Positions 9,539 through 20,274 are shown, counted from the stretch's first letter. The stretch is 64,000 nucleotides of DNA from an uncultured Alphaproteobacteria bacterium (GCA_944391315.1 CALXTD010000004.1:3973-67972), one strand, 5' to 3'. Made by a program: numbers and translations. Notes: a model not told the origin generated them from the sequence alone.

Positions 9539-10456
9539 TTAGGTTATACTAAGATATGTGTGATAAATTTTTTTAAGCCCTTGCGCCAGATGTTCTACAT
9601 TGCAGTCGTTGCGTCGGCTGTAGCGTAAGATGTAGTCGCAGAAAAAGCTGTATTCGCCGCTGCGGTTTTGGTTTAGGCTTTCAATCAGCGGAAAGGTGTA
9701 ATTGGCAGGGGTTGATTTTGCCATTTCAAGCAGCTTTTCTGCCGAAACAGTGCTTTTTTCGACCTCGGATACACTGCTGATTTCTTTGAAATATTGTTCC
9801 AGCAAGGCTGTGTCGCTCTTGTTTTTGAATATTTGATTTATGTTTTTGCCGCAGACGGCGCAGGCCAGAGAACAGCCCATATAGCAATAGAGCTTTTTTT
9901 TTGATTCATTGGGCGTGTCATTATTGAACTTTATTCCCGAAGGTGAAAAAAGTTTTTCGAGTTTGCGGCTGGTTTCTTTTTCGGGTAAGGAATAAAATAT
10001 CAGTTCCGGTATTTTTCCGTAAGCAAAAATATGGTTGCTTTTGCGGTTGACCCAGCCATCAAACCAGACTTGTATGACGTTTGTTTCCAGATTCCTTTTT
10101 ACCAGGGTAATGTCTTCGCACAGAGAAACGCAAACGGTGGGGCAATGAGCTAGTTTTTCTTTGCCCAGTCTGAATATGTCTGCATTTATATCTTGTGGAT
10201 TGGAGGCGATAATGACGAGTTTGCCTTCTTCCTTGGTCCAGAAAGAAGTGGTGAATCTTATGTCGCCTTTTTTGATGCCCGAATCTTCTTTTATATTAAA
10301 GTCGGTTCCGCTTAAGTTGCCCTCATCGCGTTTGTCGGTTAGGACGATAACTCGTTCTCCTCCAAGCTGAAATTTTGAAGCCAGATACAGCCCCACAGCG
10401 TTTAGTCCTAGAATGTATATCGGTTTTTCTTTCGTTGTGGTTTTGTTTTCAATCAT
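9539..10456 (-). CDS. Hypothetical protein with degenerate Rossmann-like N-terminus (ketopantoate-reductase/ApbA-like?)
   Basis: IYILGLNAVGLYLASKF..RVIVLT resembles a GxGxxG dinucleotide fold with the second Gly replaced; start overlaps rsmB stop by 4 nt. Confidence 0.5.
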   Translation of the reverse strand: MIENKTTTKEKPIYILGLNAVGLYLASKFQLGGERVIVLTDKRDEGNLSGTDFNIKEDSGIKKGDIRFTTSFWTKEEGKLVIIASNPQDINADIFRLGKEKLAHCPTVCVSLCEDITLVKRNLETNVIQVWFDGWVNRKSNHIFAYGKIPELIFYSLPEKETSRKLEKLFSPSGIKFNNDTPNESKKKLYCYMGCSLACAVCGKNINQIFKNKSDTALLEQYFKEISSVSEVEKSTVSAEKLLEMAKSTPANYTFPLIESLNQNRSGEYSFFCDYILRYSRRNDCNVEHLAQGLKKIYHTYLSIT

Positions 10457-11733
10457 CTTTCTTTTACCTTTTGCAGTTTTGCTATAAAAAACGAATCCAG
10501 TCCGCCGTATTCGGAGAGCATGTAACTTAGAGTGGATACATAGCCTTCCGGAGTGATGGCTTCTTGCAGAGAGGCCGGACCTTGATGTTTGATGTCGGCT
10601 TCTTGCAATTTTATCAGCTGAAAGCAGTTGTTTTTTTCAAGAAAACGACGGATTTGGCTTTTGCCTTCGGCTTTAGCTAAAGAGCAGACGCAGTAGACTA
10701 AATTGCCGCCGGTCTTTAGGGCCTTGTCGCTTTCTTGTAAAATCAAACGCTGTATTTCAGCCTGTTTTTTGATGTCGGATAAGCTTTTATGCTGCAGAAT
10801 CTCGGGGTGGCGGCGAAATATGCCGGTTGCCGAGCAGGGAGCATCAAGTAAAATATGGTCGTATTTTTCGCCCTGAAAATTTTGCAAAAAACTTACGGCA
10901 TCTGCACACACAATTTCTTCAGCTTCTAGATGTAATCTTTCTAAATTTTTTTTCAATGTTTCAAGTCGGGGAGCAGACGAATCGAGTGCCGTTACTTTTG
11001 CTCCGGCAGAAATAAGCTGTGCCGTTTTTCCTCCGGGGGCAGCGCAGAGGTCAAGAATCCGTTTGTTTTTGATATCACCCAGAGTTGATACGGCCAAAGT
11101 GGCAGCAAAGTCTTGTACCCACCATGCGCCTTCTTGATAGCCTTCCAAGCCGGTTATTGAGCCTTTGGATAAGGTTGCGATACTGTTATTAGCTATTTGT
11201 TTTCCATCTAATTTTTCGGCCCAAAGTTCGGGCGATTGCTTGGTTGTGATGTTTAGCGGCGGTTCACCTTTTTGCGCGGCTGTTTCCATCTTTTTGATTT
11301 GTTCAGGCGTGTAGTCCTGCTTTAATATTCTTAAAAAGTTTTCAGGAAAAAAAGGGGTTGGTTTTAAGCTCTTAGTTTTGTGCTCAGCGACTTTTCTTAA
11401 AACGGCATTGACCATGCCGCTTTGAAACTTTCCGCCATATTTTTTGCAAAGTTCAACCCATTCATTTATGGCGGCATAGGCCGGTGTTTGCATAAAGCGT
11501 AATTCTGCCGCTCCGAGTAATAAGATGATTTTGGTCGTTTGTTCTTTGGGCGGAAGAGGCTTTTTTATATATTGTTTGAGAATCGACTCCAGTTCAACCC
11601 AGTGACGAAACAGACTTTGTGACAGCATTTTAATAAAACCGGAATCTTCTTCCTTGGCATCTATTTGCATAAGTGCTTTTTCTTCAAGGCATTTATTCAC
11701 TGCTTTTAGTGTTTTTTCTCGTGCGTTTATCAT
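10453..11733 (-). CDS. rsmB: 16S rRNA (cytosine-C5)-methyltransferase RsmB/Sun
   Basis: NusB-like N-terminus; SAM motif DLCAAPGGKT; ILLDAPCSATGIFRRHPE; catalytic Cys region LVYCVCS. Confidence 0.9.
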   Translation of the reverse strand: MINAREKTLKAVNKCLEEKALMQIDAKEEDSGFIKMLSQSLFRHWVELESILKQYIKKPLPPKEQTTKIILLLGAAELRFMQTPAYAAINEWVELCKKYGGKFQSGMVNAVLRKVAEHKTKSLKPTPFFPENFLRILKQDYTPEQIKKMETAAQKGEPPLNITTKQSPELWAEKLDGKQIANNSIATLSKGSITGLEGYQEGAWWVQDFAATLAVSTLGDIKNKRILDLCAAPGGKTAQLISAGAKVTALDSSAPRLETLKKNLERLHLEAEEIVCADAVSFLQNFQGEKYDHILLDAPCSATGIFRRHPEILQHKSLSDIKKQAEIQRLILQESDKALKTGGNLVYCVCSLAKAEGKSQIRRFLEKNNCFQLIKLQEADIKHQGPASLQEAITPEGYVSTLSYMLSEYGGLDSFFIAKLQKVKER

Positions 11734-11853
11734 CTTTTTTCCTTCTTTTGGGATTTATTTTAGTTCTTTTAGGGTTAATTGCAAGTTAAACCCTTGAGTT
11801 TTTTCTATTTGCTTTTATAATAGTGACGAATTTTTTTTATTGAGGATAGAGTT

Positions 11854-12309
11854 ATGAAAAAATATTTATGCTTGTTTGTCGGACTGTTGATGTTAAACGG
11901 ATGTTCTTATCTGCGTGAGGTTTGGCCTTTCGGAGATGAAAAAACTGCGGAAAACCAAACTAAAGAAGCCGTTGTTGAGAAGGCTGATGCCCTTAAAGTT
12001 AATCCTTATTTGTGGCAGGCTTCTCTTGATAAGCTTTCTTTTATGCCGCTGGCGTCATCTGATGCCGAAGGCGGCGTGATTGTTACTGACTGGAAGACGT
12101 TTTCTAATAATGAGCAGTTTAAGGTTGTGGTACATGTCTATTCTCAAAAGTTGCAAGCAAACAGCCTTAAGGCGGAAGTTTATAAAAGACGACTTAAGAA
12201 CGGAGCGTGGGTTGACGATACCGTCGATAACCGACTCTCCGCTGAAACCGAAAATGCTATCTTGATGCAGGCCAGAGAACTGTATCATCGTGATGTTATG
12301 ACACGTTAA
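11854..12309 (+). CDS. Lipoprotein, DUF3576-like
   Basis: Lipobox LMLNGC; NPYLWQASLDKLSFMPLASSDAEGGVIVTDW matches my recollection of the DUF3576 signature; upstream of leuS. Confidence 0.65.
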   Translation: MKKYLCLFVGLLMLNGCSYLREVWPFGDEKTAENQTKEAVVEKADALKVNPYLWQASLDKLSFMPLASSDAEGGVIVTDWKTFSNNEQFKVVVHVYSQKLQANSLKAEVYKRRLKNGAWVDDTVDNRLSAETENAILMQARELYHRDVMTR

Positions 12310-12328
12310 TATTTAAGGATTATTTAGT

Positions 12329-14815
12329 ATGACAGGAAATACACACTATAACGGTTGCGCCTCTTTTGAGGAATGGCAAAAACAATGGGATGTTGAAGAC
12401 CGTTATAATTTTAGAACAATCGAATCTAAATGGCAGAAAATTTGGGATGATGAAAAGGCTTATAAGGTTGATGTCGATAAGTCTAAAGAGAAGTTTTATG
12501 CTTTGGTTGAATTCCCTTATCCTTCCGGTGCCGGACTTCATGTCGGACACCCGCGCTCTTATACCGCGCTTGATGTGATTGCGCGCAAAAAAAGAATGCA
12601 GGGATTTAATGTTCTTTATCCGATGGGGTTTGACGCCTTTGGTTTGCCGGCAGAAAATTATGCCATTAAGACCGGTGTTCATCCGGCCGTTTCAACCAAG
12701 AAAAATATTGAAACTTTTACGCGTCAGCTGAAGTCACTCGGTTTTAGCTTTGATTGGGACAGAAGTTTTGCCACTTGTGATCCCGAATATTATAAATGGA
12801 CACAGTGGATGTTTATTAAGCTGTTTGAAAAAGGCTTAGCTTATAAAGATAAAATTGCCATTAACTGGTGCCCGTCTTGTAAAGTCGGATTGGCAAACGA
12901 AGAGGTTGTCAATGGATGTTGTGAGCGCTGCGGTGCTCAGGTTGTGCGCCGTGATAAAGAACAGTGGATGGTGGCTATTACCAAATATGCTGACCGTTTG
13001 ATTAATGATTTAGATGATTTGGATTTTATCGACCGTGTTAAATCTCAGCAAGTTAATTGGATTGGGCGTTCTGAAGGTGCTGAGCTTGATTTTGAGCTGT
13101 GCCTTGATGACGGAACACCGCTGGAAGGTAAAAAGCTTAAGGTCTTTACAACGCGTCCGGATACTGCTTTTGGTGTGACCTATATGGTTATGGCGCCGGA
13201 GCATGAATTTATTGCTGAACTGATGCCGCGTTTTGCTAATCAGGAAGATATTAAAAACTATGTTGCCGAGACGGCTAAGAAGTCTGATTTGCAGCGTACG
13301 GCCGATGATTCTAAAACCGGTGTTGAACTCAAAGGAATTAAAGCTAAGAATCCATATAATGGTGAGCTTATTCCGGTCTTTATTTCTGATTATGTTTTAA
13401 CCGGATACGGAACAGGTGCGATTATGGCGGTGCCGGCGCATGATCAACGCGACTATGATTTTGCTAAGAAGTTTAATCTGCCGATTATTCAAGTTTTGGA
13501 AGGCGGCGATATTTCTGAAAAAGCATGGGAAGAAGACGGTGCTCATATTAATTCCGGCTTTTTGAACGGAATGAACAAAGAAGATGGTATTCGCGCCGCT
13601 ATAGATTTTGCCGCTAAAAATAATTTCGGTAATGCCAAAGTGAACTATAAGCTGCGTGATTGGGTCTTTTCTCGTCAGCGTTATTGGGGTGAGCCTATTC
13701 CGATGGTTTATTGTGAGCATTGCGGTTGGCAGCCAATTCCGGAAAATCAGCTGCCGTTGACCTTGCCGGAAGTGCCGGATTATTTGCCGAATGATGAAGG
13801 CGAATCGCCTTTGTCAAAAGCTGGGGCTTGGCTTGAAACAACTTGTCCGAAATGTGGCGGAAAGGCTCGTCGTGAAACCGATACCATGCCAAACTGGGCC
13901 GGTTCGTCTTGGTATTTCTTGCGCTATTGTGATCCACACAACGACAAAGAATTTGCTTCTAAAGAAGCTTTGGATTACTGGATGCCGGTTGATTGGTACA
14001 ATGGTGGTATGGAGCATACAACCTTGCACTTGCTCTATTCTCGTTTTTGGCACAAGTTTTTGTATGATTGCGGGCTTGTTCCGACTAAAGAACCATACAA
14101 AAGACGTACGTCTCATGGTATGATTTTGGCTTCAAACGGTGAGAAAATGTCAAAGTCACGCGGCAATGTTATTAATCCTGATGATATTGTCGATGCTTAT
14201 GGGGCCGATACCTTCCGTTTGTATGAAATGTTTATCGGACCGTTTGATCAAACTGCTATGTGGTCTGATGAAAGTTTGATGGGCGTTTATCGTTTTGTAA
14301 ACAAAGTTTATGGTTTGTTTAAAAAGGTAAATAAGTCTGCCGTTGCTTCTGAAAAAGATTTGCGCGCTATGCACAAGTGTATTAAAGAAGTGACCGAGAG
14401 AATCGACCAGATGAAGTTTAACACAGCGGTTTCTTCTTTGATGACTTATGTAAATTATTTGTCAGACAAAGCTGAAATTGCACCTGAGCTTTATGAAAAT
14501 CTGATTGTGTTGCTCTGTCCGTTTACGCCGCATTTGTCTGAAGAAATGTGGGCGCGCCTCGGACATGAGGGGCTGGCGGTTATGGCTGCTTGGCCGAAGT
14601 TTGATAAAAACTTGGCTGAAGATAGTGTTGTCACAATCGCTGTTCAGCTTAACGGCAAAATGCGTGGCACAATTGAAATGCCAAAAGATACGCCTCAGAA
14701 CGAGGTTGAAGCAGCGGCGCTCAATTTGGATAATATTCAGCGTCAGACAGCTGGAAAGACAATTCGTAAAGTGATTGTCGTTCCAAATAAAATCGTTAAT
14801 ATTGTGGCGGCTTAG
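12329..14815 (+). CDS. leuS: Leucine--tRNA ligase
   Basis: 828 aa; HIGH-type motif HVGHPRSY; KMSKS present (GEKMSKSRGN); Zn-module CPSC..CERCG. Confidence 0.97.
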   Translation: MTGNTHYNGCASFEEWQKQWDVEDRYNFRTIESKWQKIWDDEKAYKVDVDKSKEKFYALVEFPYPSGAGLHVGHPRSYTALDVIARKKRMQGFNVLYPMGFDAFGLPAENYAIKTGVHPAVSTKKNIETFTRQLKSLGFSFDWDRSFATCDPEYYKWTQWMFIKLFEKGLAYKDKIAINWCPSCKVGLANEEVVNGCCERCGAQVVRRDKEQWMVAITKYADRLINDLDDLDFIDRVKSQQVNWIGRSEGAELDFELCLDDGTPLEGKKLKVFTTRPDTAFGVTYMVMAPEHEFIAELMPRFANQEDIKNYVAETAKKSDLQRTADDSKTGVELKGIKAKNPYNGELIPVFISDYVLTGYGTGAIMAVPAHDQRDYDFAKKFNLPIIQVLEGGDISEKAWEEDGAHINSGFLNGMNKEDGIRAAIDFAAKNNFGNAKVNYKLRDWVFSRQRYWGEPIPMVYCEHCGWQPIPENQLPLTLPEVPDYLPNDEGESPLSKAGAWLETTCPKCGGKARRETDTMPNWAGSSWYFLRYCDPHNDKEFASKEALDYWMPVDWYNGGMEHTTLHLLYSRFWHKFLYDCGLVPTKEPYKRRTSHGMILASNGEKMSKSRGNVINPDDIVDAYGADTFRLYEMFIGPFDQTAMWSDESLMGVYRFVNKVYGLFKKVNKSAVASEKDLRAMHKCIKEVTERIDQMKFNTAVSSLMTYVNYLSDKAEIAPELYENLIVLLCPFTPHLSEEMWARLGHEGLAVMAAWPKFDKNLAEDSVVTIAVQLNGKMRGTIEMPKDTPQNEVEAAALNLDNIQRQTAGKTIRKVIVVPNKIVNIVAA

Positions 14816-14822
14816 TCAGGAG

Positions 14823-15377
14823 ATGAGAATGCGGAAATCGGCTCTGATTTTAATCTTGTTCCTTATTACTGGATGTGGTTTTTCTCCACTGTATGTGGAG
14901 CGCGAATCCGGAAGTAAGTGGTATTATGATGCCAATTTTAATCCCTCTATTATTGAGGAAATGCAACAGATTAAAGTCGAGCCGATTGCCGATCGTTTTG
15001 GACAACAGCTGCGCAATAATCTTCTGGATTCTTTGACGCCGAAAGGAACGCCTAAGAATCCTAAATATCGTTTGTTTGTTAAACTGGCAAGTAAACGAAC
15101 TTATGACCAGGCTATTCGTCAAGATATTACCGCTACTCGCCGAATGGTGGTCTTTAAGGTTACGTATTATATGATGGAAGGGACGGAAAAGCTCTTTACC
15201 AGTAATAGCATAGCCTATACCAGTTATGATATTTTGAAGAATCCTTATTCAACAACCGTGGCAGAGCAAAAGGCTGATACAGATGCGGCAAAAATTATCG
15301 GTGATGATATTGCTCTGCGTATAGGTGCTTATTTCCACTCAGTTATTACAAAGCAGGGGTCAACCAGTGATATTTAA
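14823..15377 (+). CDS. lptE: LPS-assembly lipoprotein LptE (RlpB)
   Basis: ATG 14823 gives MRMRKSALILILFLITGCGF with lipobox; conserved leuS-lptE-holA order. Confidence 0.75.
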   Translation: MRMRKSALILILFLITGCGFSPLYVERESGSKWYYDANFNPSIIEEMQQIKVEPIADRFGQQLRNNLLDSLTPKGTPKNPKYRLFVKLASKRTYDQAIRQDITATRRMVVFKVTYYMMEGTEKLFTSNSIAYTSYDILKNPYSTTVAEQKADTDAAKIIGDDIALRIGAYFHSVITKQGSTSDI

Positions 15378-16413
15378 GTCTCCGCAAATTGACCGCTATT
15401 TGAAAAAGCCGGACAATGCCGTTAAATTTTGGCTGGTTTATGGCTCAAACGAAGGCCTGATGTCGGAATATGTGCGTAATCTGACAAAGGCTATCAGCCC
15501 TGATATTTATGATCCATTTCAGGTTGTATATCTTAACGGAGAAGATGTGAATGCTGATGCCGGTTTGCTTATCGGCGAATTTAATGCTCAATCTCTGATG
15601 GGGGGACGTCGGGTTGTTGTGATCAAAAACGCCGACAATAATCTGACTAAAGTTCTTAAGTCTTTATTTGATGATGCAAAGTCGGACACACTTTTAATTA
15701 TTTATTCGGCGTCTTTGAATAAAAAGTCTTCTTTGGTGAAGTTTGCCGAAGATGCTGAGTTTGCCGGTGTTGTTGCTTGTTATGAAGACCGCGATGAAGA
15801 TGTTTTTTCAACAGTCAGGACCTTTTTGAGTGAAAACGGTGTGTCTGTTGGAAATGAGGCGCTGCAGCTTTTATGCGCGCGACTTTCTAATGACCGAAAA
15901 AGTAATTTGGGTGAGCTGGAAAAACTGGTGACTTATCTCGGAGACAAGAAAACGGTTTTGCCTGAAGATGTGCGGGCGGTGGTTAGTGATACGGCTTCTT
16001 CTTCGACCGATGACGTGTGTTTTTTTGCTGCCAGTGGTTTGAAAGACAAAACGCTTCAAGCTTATCAACGTTTGTTGAATGAAGGGACTGATCCGGCGCA
16101 AGTGGTGCGTTCTTTGTTTTATCATTTTCAGAAGATTTTGGTTTGTCTCGGGTCTATGGAAAATGGTGACACGATTGACACAGCAGTTAAAAAGCTGGTG
16201 CCGAGGATTATTTTTTTCCGCGAATCTAGTTTCAAAAAACAGCTTAGCATTTGGAATCGTGATCGTGTTTTTAGTGTTTTGGAATTGCTCTATAACTGCG
16301 AAAGAGATACGCGTAATGCGGCTATGCCGGTTGAGGAGATGGTTAGTTATTTGTTGATGCAGGTTTCTTCGGCCGCGGCTAATGCTGCCGCAAAACTCAG
16401 CCGAGGTTATTAG
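15367..16413 (+). CDS. holA: DNA polymerase III delta subunit
   Basis: Track ORF 15325..16413; likely GTG start 15367 overlapping lptE stop; LVYGSNEGL near N-terminus; position after lptE. Confidence 0.8.
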   Translation: MIFKSPQIDRYLKKPDNAVKFWLVYGSNEGLMSEYVRNLTKAISPDIYDPFQVVYLNGEDVNADAGLLIGEFNAQSLMGGRRVVVIKNADNNLTKVLKSLFDDAKSDTLLIIYSASLNKKSSLVKFAEDAEFAGVVACYEDRDEDVFSTVRTFLSENGVSVGNEALQLLCARLSNDRKSNLGELEKLVTYLGDKKTVLPEDVRAVVSDTASSSTDDVCFFAASGLKDKTLQAYQRLLNEGTDPAQVVRSLFYHFQKILVCLGSMENGDTIDTAVKKLVPRIIFFRESSFKKQLSIWNRDRVFSVLELLYNCERDTRNAAMPVEEMVSYLLMQVSSAAANAAAKLSRGY

Positions 16414-16705
16414 GCAATATTTTTTCCAGCTGTTTTTGAGAAATCTGCCCTTGGATGTGAAATAGTTTATAGCCTTTTTTTATTAGGCTGCGTCCATAGA
16501 GGCGATTGTAGTAAAAACCTAAAATAGGTGATGCCGCACCTAAGGTGCAGAGCCACAAGGTTAAAAACAAAAGGCTCTGTTTCAAATTGCGGTGGTACAG
16601 CGGAACCAAAAAGCAAAACAGCAATACGCTCCAAGAATAACCGGTCGATACGGTTTTTAACTTCTCGGTGCGAGGGTTTTTTAAGATAAGTTCAGCTTTT
16701 TTCAT
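16397..16705 (-). CDS. Small 2-TM membrane protein (DUF2628-like?)
   Basis: 102 aa; GYSWSVLLFCFLVPLYHRNLKQSLLFLTLWL pattern; family call tentative. Confidence 0.45.
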   Translation of the reverse strand: MKKAELILKNPRTEKLKTVSTGYSWSVLLFCFLVPLYHRNLKQSLLFLTLWLCTLGAASPILGFYYNRLYGRSLIKKGYKLFHIQGQISQKQLEKILPNNLG

Positions 16706-16809
16706 TTAAAGTTCCTTGCTGATTTTCGTGCTTGCTTTCTTTATAGACTTTATTTATAAAAAAATAAAGCAAAATAAGAGGGTTAAATTTTTTATTGTGG
16801 AATTTTGTA

Positions 16810-17505
16810 ATGTATAGCGAAAAGTTTCAAAAATTTATTGATATGTGGCGAGTGGATTTTGCCATTGAGCGCACGATTGATGAAAAAGTTTGTGTTGATC
16901 GTGATGGCAAGCCGCTGCCGTGGTATACTTATCCGGCAATAGAATATTTGTCGCAATTTGATTATAGTGATAAAAAAATTTTTGAATTTGGTTGCGGAAA
17001 TTCATCTTTGTTCTGGGCGGCGCGCGCCAAAAATGTGGTGAGTATTGAAGATAATCCAAAGTGGTTTGATAAGTGGCAACACGAATTTAATGAAGAGAAT
17101 CTGGATGTGCGCTGGCGTGATGAAGGCGAAATTTATGAGAATGCTATATTTGAAGATGATTGTCGCTATGATGTGATTGTGGTTGATGGTAAAAGGCGTG
17201 CCGAATGTGCTAAAGCCGCAGTTAATGCCCTTGCTGATGGTGGGCTGATTATTTTAGATGATAGCGACCGTATTAACACCAGCCAAGAATACAAAGATGC
17301 GGTTGCGGCTTTGAAAGCAGCCAATTTGCTGCAAGTCGATTTTTATGGTTTTTGCCCGATGAATAATTATACTAAAACAACGTCTTTGTTCTTCTCTCGG
17401 AATTTTGATTTTAAGTCAAAAGATGATGTTCAGCCGATTAATGGTTGGGGAAATTTGTGGAGCTTGTCACGGCGCGAGCGCAAAGAACGTTATAAGGAAA
17501 GCTAA
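16810..17505 (+). CDS. Class I SAM-dependent methyltransferase, substrate unknown
   Basis: Motif I IFEFGCGNSSLFWA and acidic IEDN 20 aa later; ATG 16810 within track ORF 16795..17505. Confidence 0.65.
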   Translation: MYSEKFQKFIDMWRVDFAIERTIDEKVCVDRDGKPLPWYTYPAIEYLSQFDYSDKKIFEFGCGNSSLFWAARAKNVVSIEDNPKWFDKWQHEFNEENLDVRWRDEGEIYENAIFEDDCRYDVIVVDGKRRAECAKAAVNALADGGLIILDDSDRINTSQEYKDAVAALKAANLLQVDFYGFCPMNNYTKTTSLFFSRNFDFKSKDDVQPINGWGNLWSLSRRERKERYKES

Positions 17506-17547
17506 AAAAATAACCTTAGAGTTTGATGCTCTAAGGTTATTTTTTTA
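17504..17547. terminator. Bidirectional terminator between convergent genes
   Basis: AAAAAAATAACCTTAGAG-loop-CTCTAAGGTTATTTTTTT. Confidence 0.75.
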
Positions 17548-18621
17548 GTCCTCTAGGTAAAGGCTGCTGTGTTTGTAATTTTCAATGGCGTGGCGAATCA
17601 GGACGCCGATAATGGCTGCCAAAGGAACCGCAATCATCAAGCCTAAAAAGCCCAGTAAAACACCGCCGGCCAGTAAGGCAAACATTATCCATACCGGATG
17701 AAGGCCAACGCTGTCGCCGACTAATTTCGGGGTTAGGAAGTTGCCTTCTAAAAATTGGCCGACGACAAATACGCCGACAACTTGAGCAATTGGGCCTAAG
17801 CTGTCAAACTGTGCAAAGGCAACGCCTAAGCTGACCAAAAAGCCGGTAATGCTGCCGACATAAGGAATGAAAGAGATGACGCCGGCGATAAAGCCAATTA
17901 AAACACCAAGTTCCAGACCAACAAAGTAAAGTCCGGCAGAGTAAAAAGTACCAAGCAAAATGCAGACGCTTAATTGTCCGCGGATGAAGCCGGCTAAAGT
18001 ACGGTCGATTTCTTTGGCTTGAATACGAATCGATTTTTTTGATTTGCGCGGCAATAAGCTATCAATCTTTTTGATGAAGCCATCCCAGTCACGTAACATA
18101 TAAAAGGCAACAACCGGCGTAATAAGCAGCAGAGAAATAATGTTCATCAGAGCGAATCCGCTGGTGATGACGCCTTGCAAAACTTTGCCAAAGAGTTTTA
18201 AGTTATTGGCCATATTGCTCTTTAGGTAACTTTTGACTTTGTCAGCATCCAGAGCAGGGATATTTTTTTGCAAGTCATTAATCCATGGTTCAAGCTTTTG
18301 GGTTAATGATGCCAAATATTCCGGTACAACAGAGATAAAGCGCGTGATTTGATCGTTGATTACGCCAAGGAGCAAAATGACGGACGGTACAATGATGAGC
18401 ACTAAAGCCAGCAAAACGAGAAATGTGGCCAAAGTGCGGTTCATGCCCCATTTATTTATTTTTCTGACCCATGGGTCAAGCAGATATCCGATGATGATGC
18501 CGGCGACAAATGGCAATAAAACCGAGCGCAAAATGTATAGTCCATAGCAAAAGAGGATGAATAGAGCGAGCCAAAACATCCAGTTGCGATTAGCGGTTAA
18601 GGGTTTATCGGCGGTCATCAT
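17545..18621 (-). CDS. AI-2E (PerM/YhhT) family transporter
   Basis: 358 aa polytopic protein; C-terminal GLMIAVPLAAIIGVLIRH-type segment typical of the family. Confidence 0.75.
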   Translation of the reverse strand: MMTADKPLTANRNWMFWLALFILFCYGLYILRSVLLPFVAGIIIGYLLDPWVRKINKWGMNRTLATFLVLLALVLIIVPSVILLLGVINDQITRFISVVPEYLASLTQKLEPWINDLQKNIPALDADKVKSYLKSNMANNLKLFGKVLQGVITSGFALMNIISLLLITPVVAFYMLRDWDGFIKKIDSLLPRKSKKSIRIQAKEIDRTLAGFIRGQLSVCILLGTFYSAGLYFVGLELGVLIGFIAGVISFIPYVGSITGFLVSLGVAFAQFDSLGPIAQVVGVFVVGQFLEGNFLTPKLVGDSVGLHPVWIMFALLAGGVLLGFLGLMIAVPLAAIIGVLIRHAIENYKHSSLYLED

Positions 18622-18624
18622 GTT

Positions 18625-19677
18625 TTATGCTCCCGTGCTGAGGTTATAATATCCGTTCATATCCTGAAGGTTTAAGCGATAAGCCTTTAAGGCGGTAATC
18701 AAGTCATAAATTTGACCGATGTATTCCAGACGGAATTGGACTTTGCCTTTGCCCATGGCTTCAATTTTCACACTGCTTATTTGGGGAATGTTTTTGAGCT
18801 GGTTTTCGGTTTTAATCCAATCAGATAATTTTTGATAGCTGAACATTCCGATTAATTCCTGCCGGCTTGTGTCGGAGGCAAAGTTTTGTTCCTGAATGGT
18901 GCTGTCGATATAAGCAGCGACCTCGGGAATCGCTTTTTGGAAAAGCTCAGGGCTTCTTTCTCCGCTGATGTCTATGGTTTTTGATGGTTGGCCGTTGTAG
19001 GACATGATGTTTATTCTTAAGCCTTCAATGCCATTATAAACCGCATCTAAAACATAGATGTTGCGGGTGTTGAGGTGGCTGGCAACAAGGTCTAATGCTT
19101 GGCCGTTGAGTTGGAGCGCTTTGTTGCCGTCTAAAACAGAATAAACCATGCTGTCGGCTGGAACGGATATATAATTGTTCTCGCTGCCGGTTTGGGGTGA
19201 TTGTTCCCAAGCTTTGCGCCACTCGTTGCGGCTTTCCCACAGCAGAGGAGAATCGCCGGAGAATTCACGGAATACGGGAACAACAATGATGTTTGAAGCT
19301 GTGCGGATAACGTAGTTTATCCCTTGTTCTTCCATATAAGCTTTAAGCAGGTTATTATTTATGCGGACTTTAAGCGTGGCGATATAACGCACGTTTGAGG
19401 CTTTTTCTGAGACGACCTCAGCTTCTTGAATGAAATTTACCAGTTGATCATCGGTTAAGTTTGACAGGCGCGCTAATCCCTCGCTGTCAGTAGACTTTCC
19501 GGCAACGGTCAAAAAAGCTTTGCGATAAGCTTCTTTCATGCCTTTTTCTCGGGCGGAGGCGGCGTCTTCGGCTGTGATGTCTATGCTGACTTCCGCAACA
19601 TATTTTTCACTGCTTTCTGCGTTGGCTGTGTGTATGATGCCAAAGCTCATCAATAGGGCTAAAATTATTTTGTGCAA
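18625..19677 (-). CDS. Secreted hypothetical protein, DUF2066-like
   Basis: Signal peptide MHKIILALLMSFGIIHTANA; size and layout recall DUF2066; family call tentative. Confidence 0.5.
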   Translation of the reverse strand: MHKIILALLMSFGIIHTANAESSEKYVAEVSIDITAEDAASAREKGMKEAYRKAFLTVAGKSTDSEGLARLSNLTDDQLVNFIQEAEVVSEKASNVRYIATLKVRINNNLLKAYMEEQGINYVIRTASNIIVVPVFREFSGDSPLLWESRNEWRKAWEQSPQTGSENNYISVPADSMVYSVLDGNKALQLNGQALDLVASHLNTRNIYVLDAVYNGIEGLRINIMSYNGQPSKTIDISGERSPELFQKAIPEVAAYIDSTIQEQNFASDTSRQELIGMFSYQKLSDWIKTENQLKNIPQISSVKIEAMGKGKVQFRLEYIGQIYDLITALKAYRLNLQDMNGYYNLSTGA

Positions 19678-19688
19678 GGTAATGCTCC

Positions 19689-20105
19689 TTATCCGACAAT
19701 TTCTGTTTCGCTGAAGAAAAATCCAACTTCTCTTTTGGCTGATTCAGGCGAATCTGAACCATGTACCGAATTTTTTTCTATTGAGAGAGCAAAGGTTTTG
19801 CGAATCGTGCCTTCTTCTGCAACGGCAGGATTGGTTGCGCCCATAATTTCACGGTAGTGCGCAATCGCGTTTTCTCCTTCCAATACCTGAACAACAACCG
19901 GACCTGATATCATTTGTTGGACCATGCTGTCAAAAAAGACTTTATCTTTTAATTCATGATAAAATTCTTCGGCTTGGTTTTGAGTTAAGCGAATCCGCTT
20001 TTGGGCAACAATGCGTAAGTCTGAGGCTTCTATCATTGTGTTGATTTGGCCGGTGATGTTGCGTGCGGTGGCGTCCGGTTTGATGATTGAAAGTGTTCTT
20101 TCCAT
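19689..20105 (-). CDS. ndk: Nucleoside-diphosphate kinase
   Basis: [12 protein letters not shown]; active-site NSVHGSDS. Confidence 0.95.
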   Translation of the reverse strand: MERTLSIIKPDATARNITGQINTMIEASDLRIVAQKRIRLTQNQAEEFYHELKDKVFFDSMVQQMISGPVVVQVLEGENAIAHYREIMGATNPAVAEEGTIRKTFALSIEKNSVHGSDSPESAKREVGFFFSETEIVG

Positions 20106-20274
20106 GGTTTTTATCTACCCTTCCTATGCGGTTAAAATAATCGTGCTCCAAAAATTTATTTGATGTTATTCTATTTACATTAAAAAATCAAAAGTTTTTT
20201 GTGGACAATTTGCTTGAAGCATTGTTTATTAGTTTTAGCAAAATTTTTTATATTGTTTTTTTAAGGATAATGTC

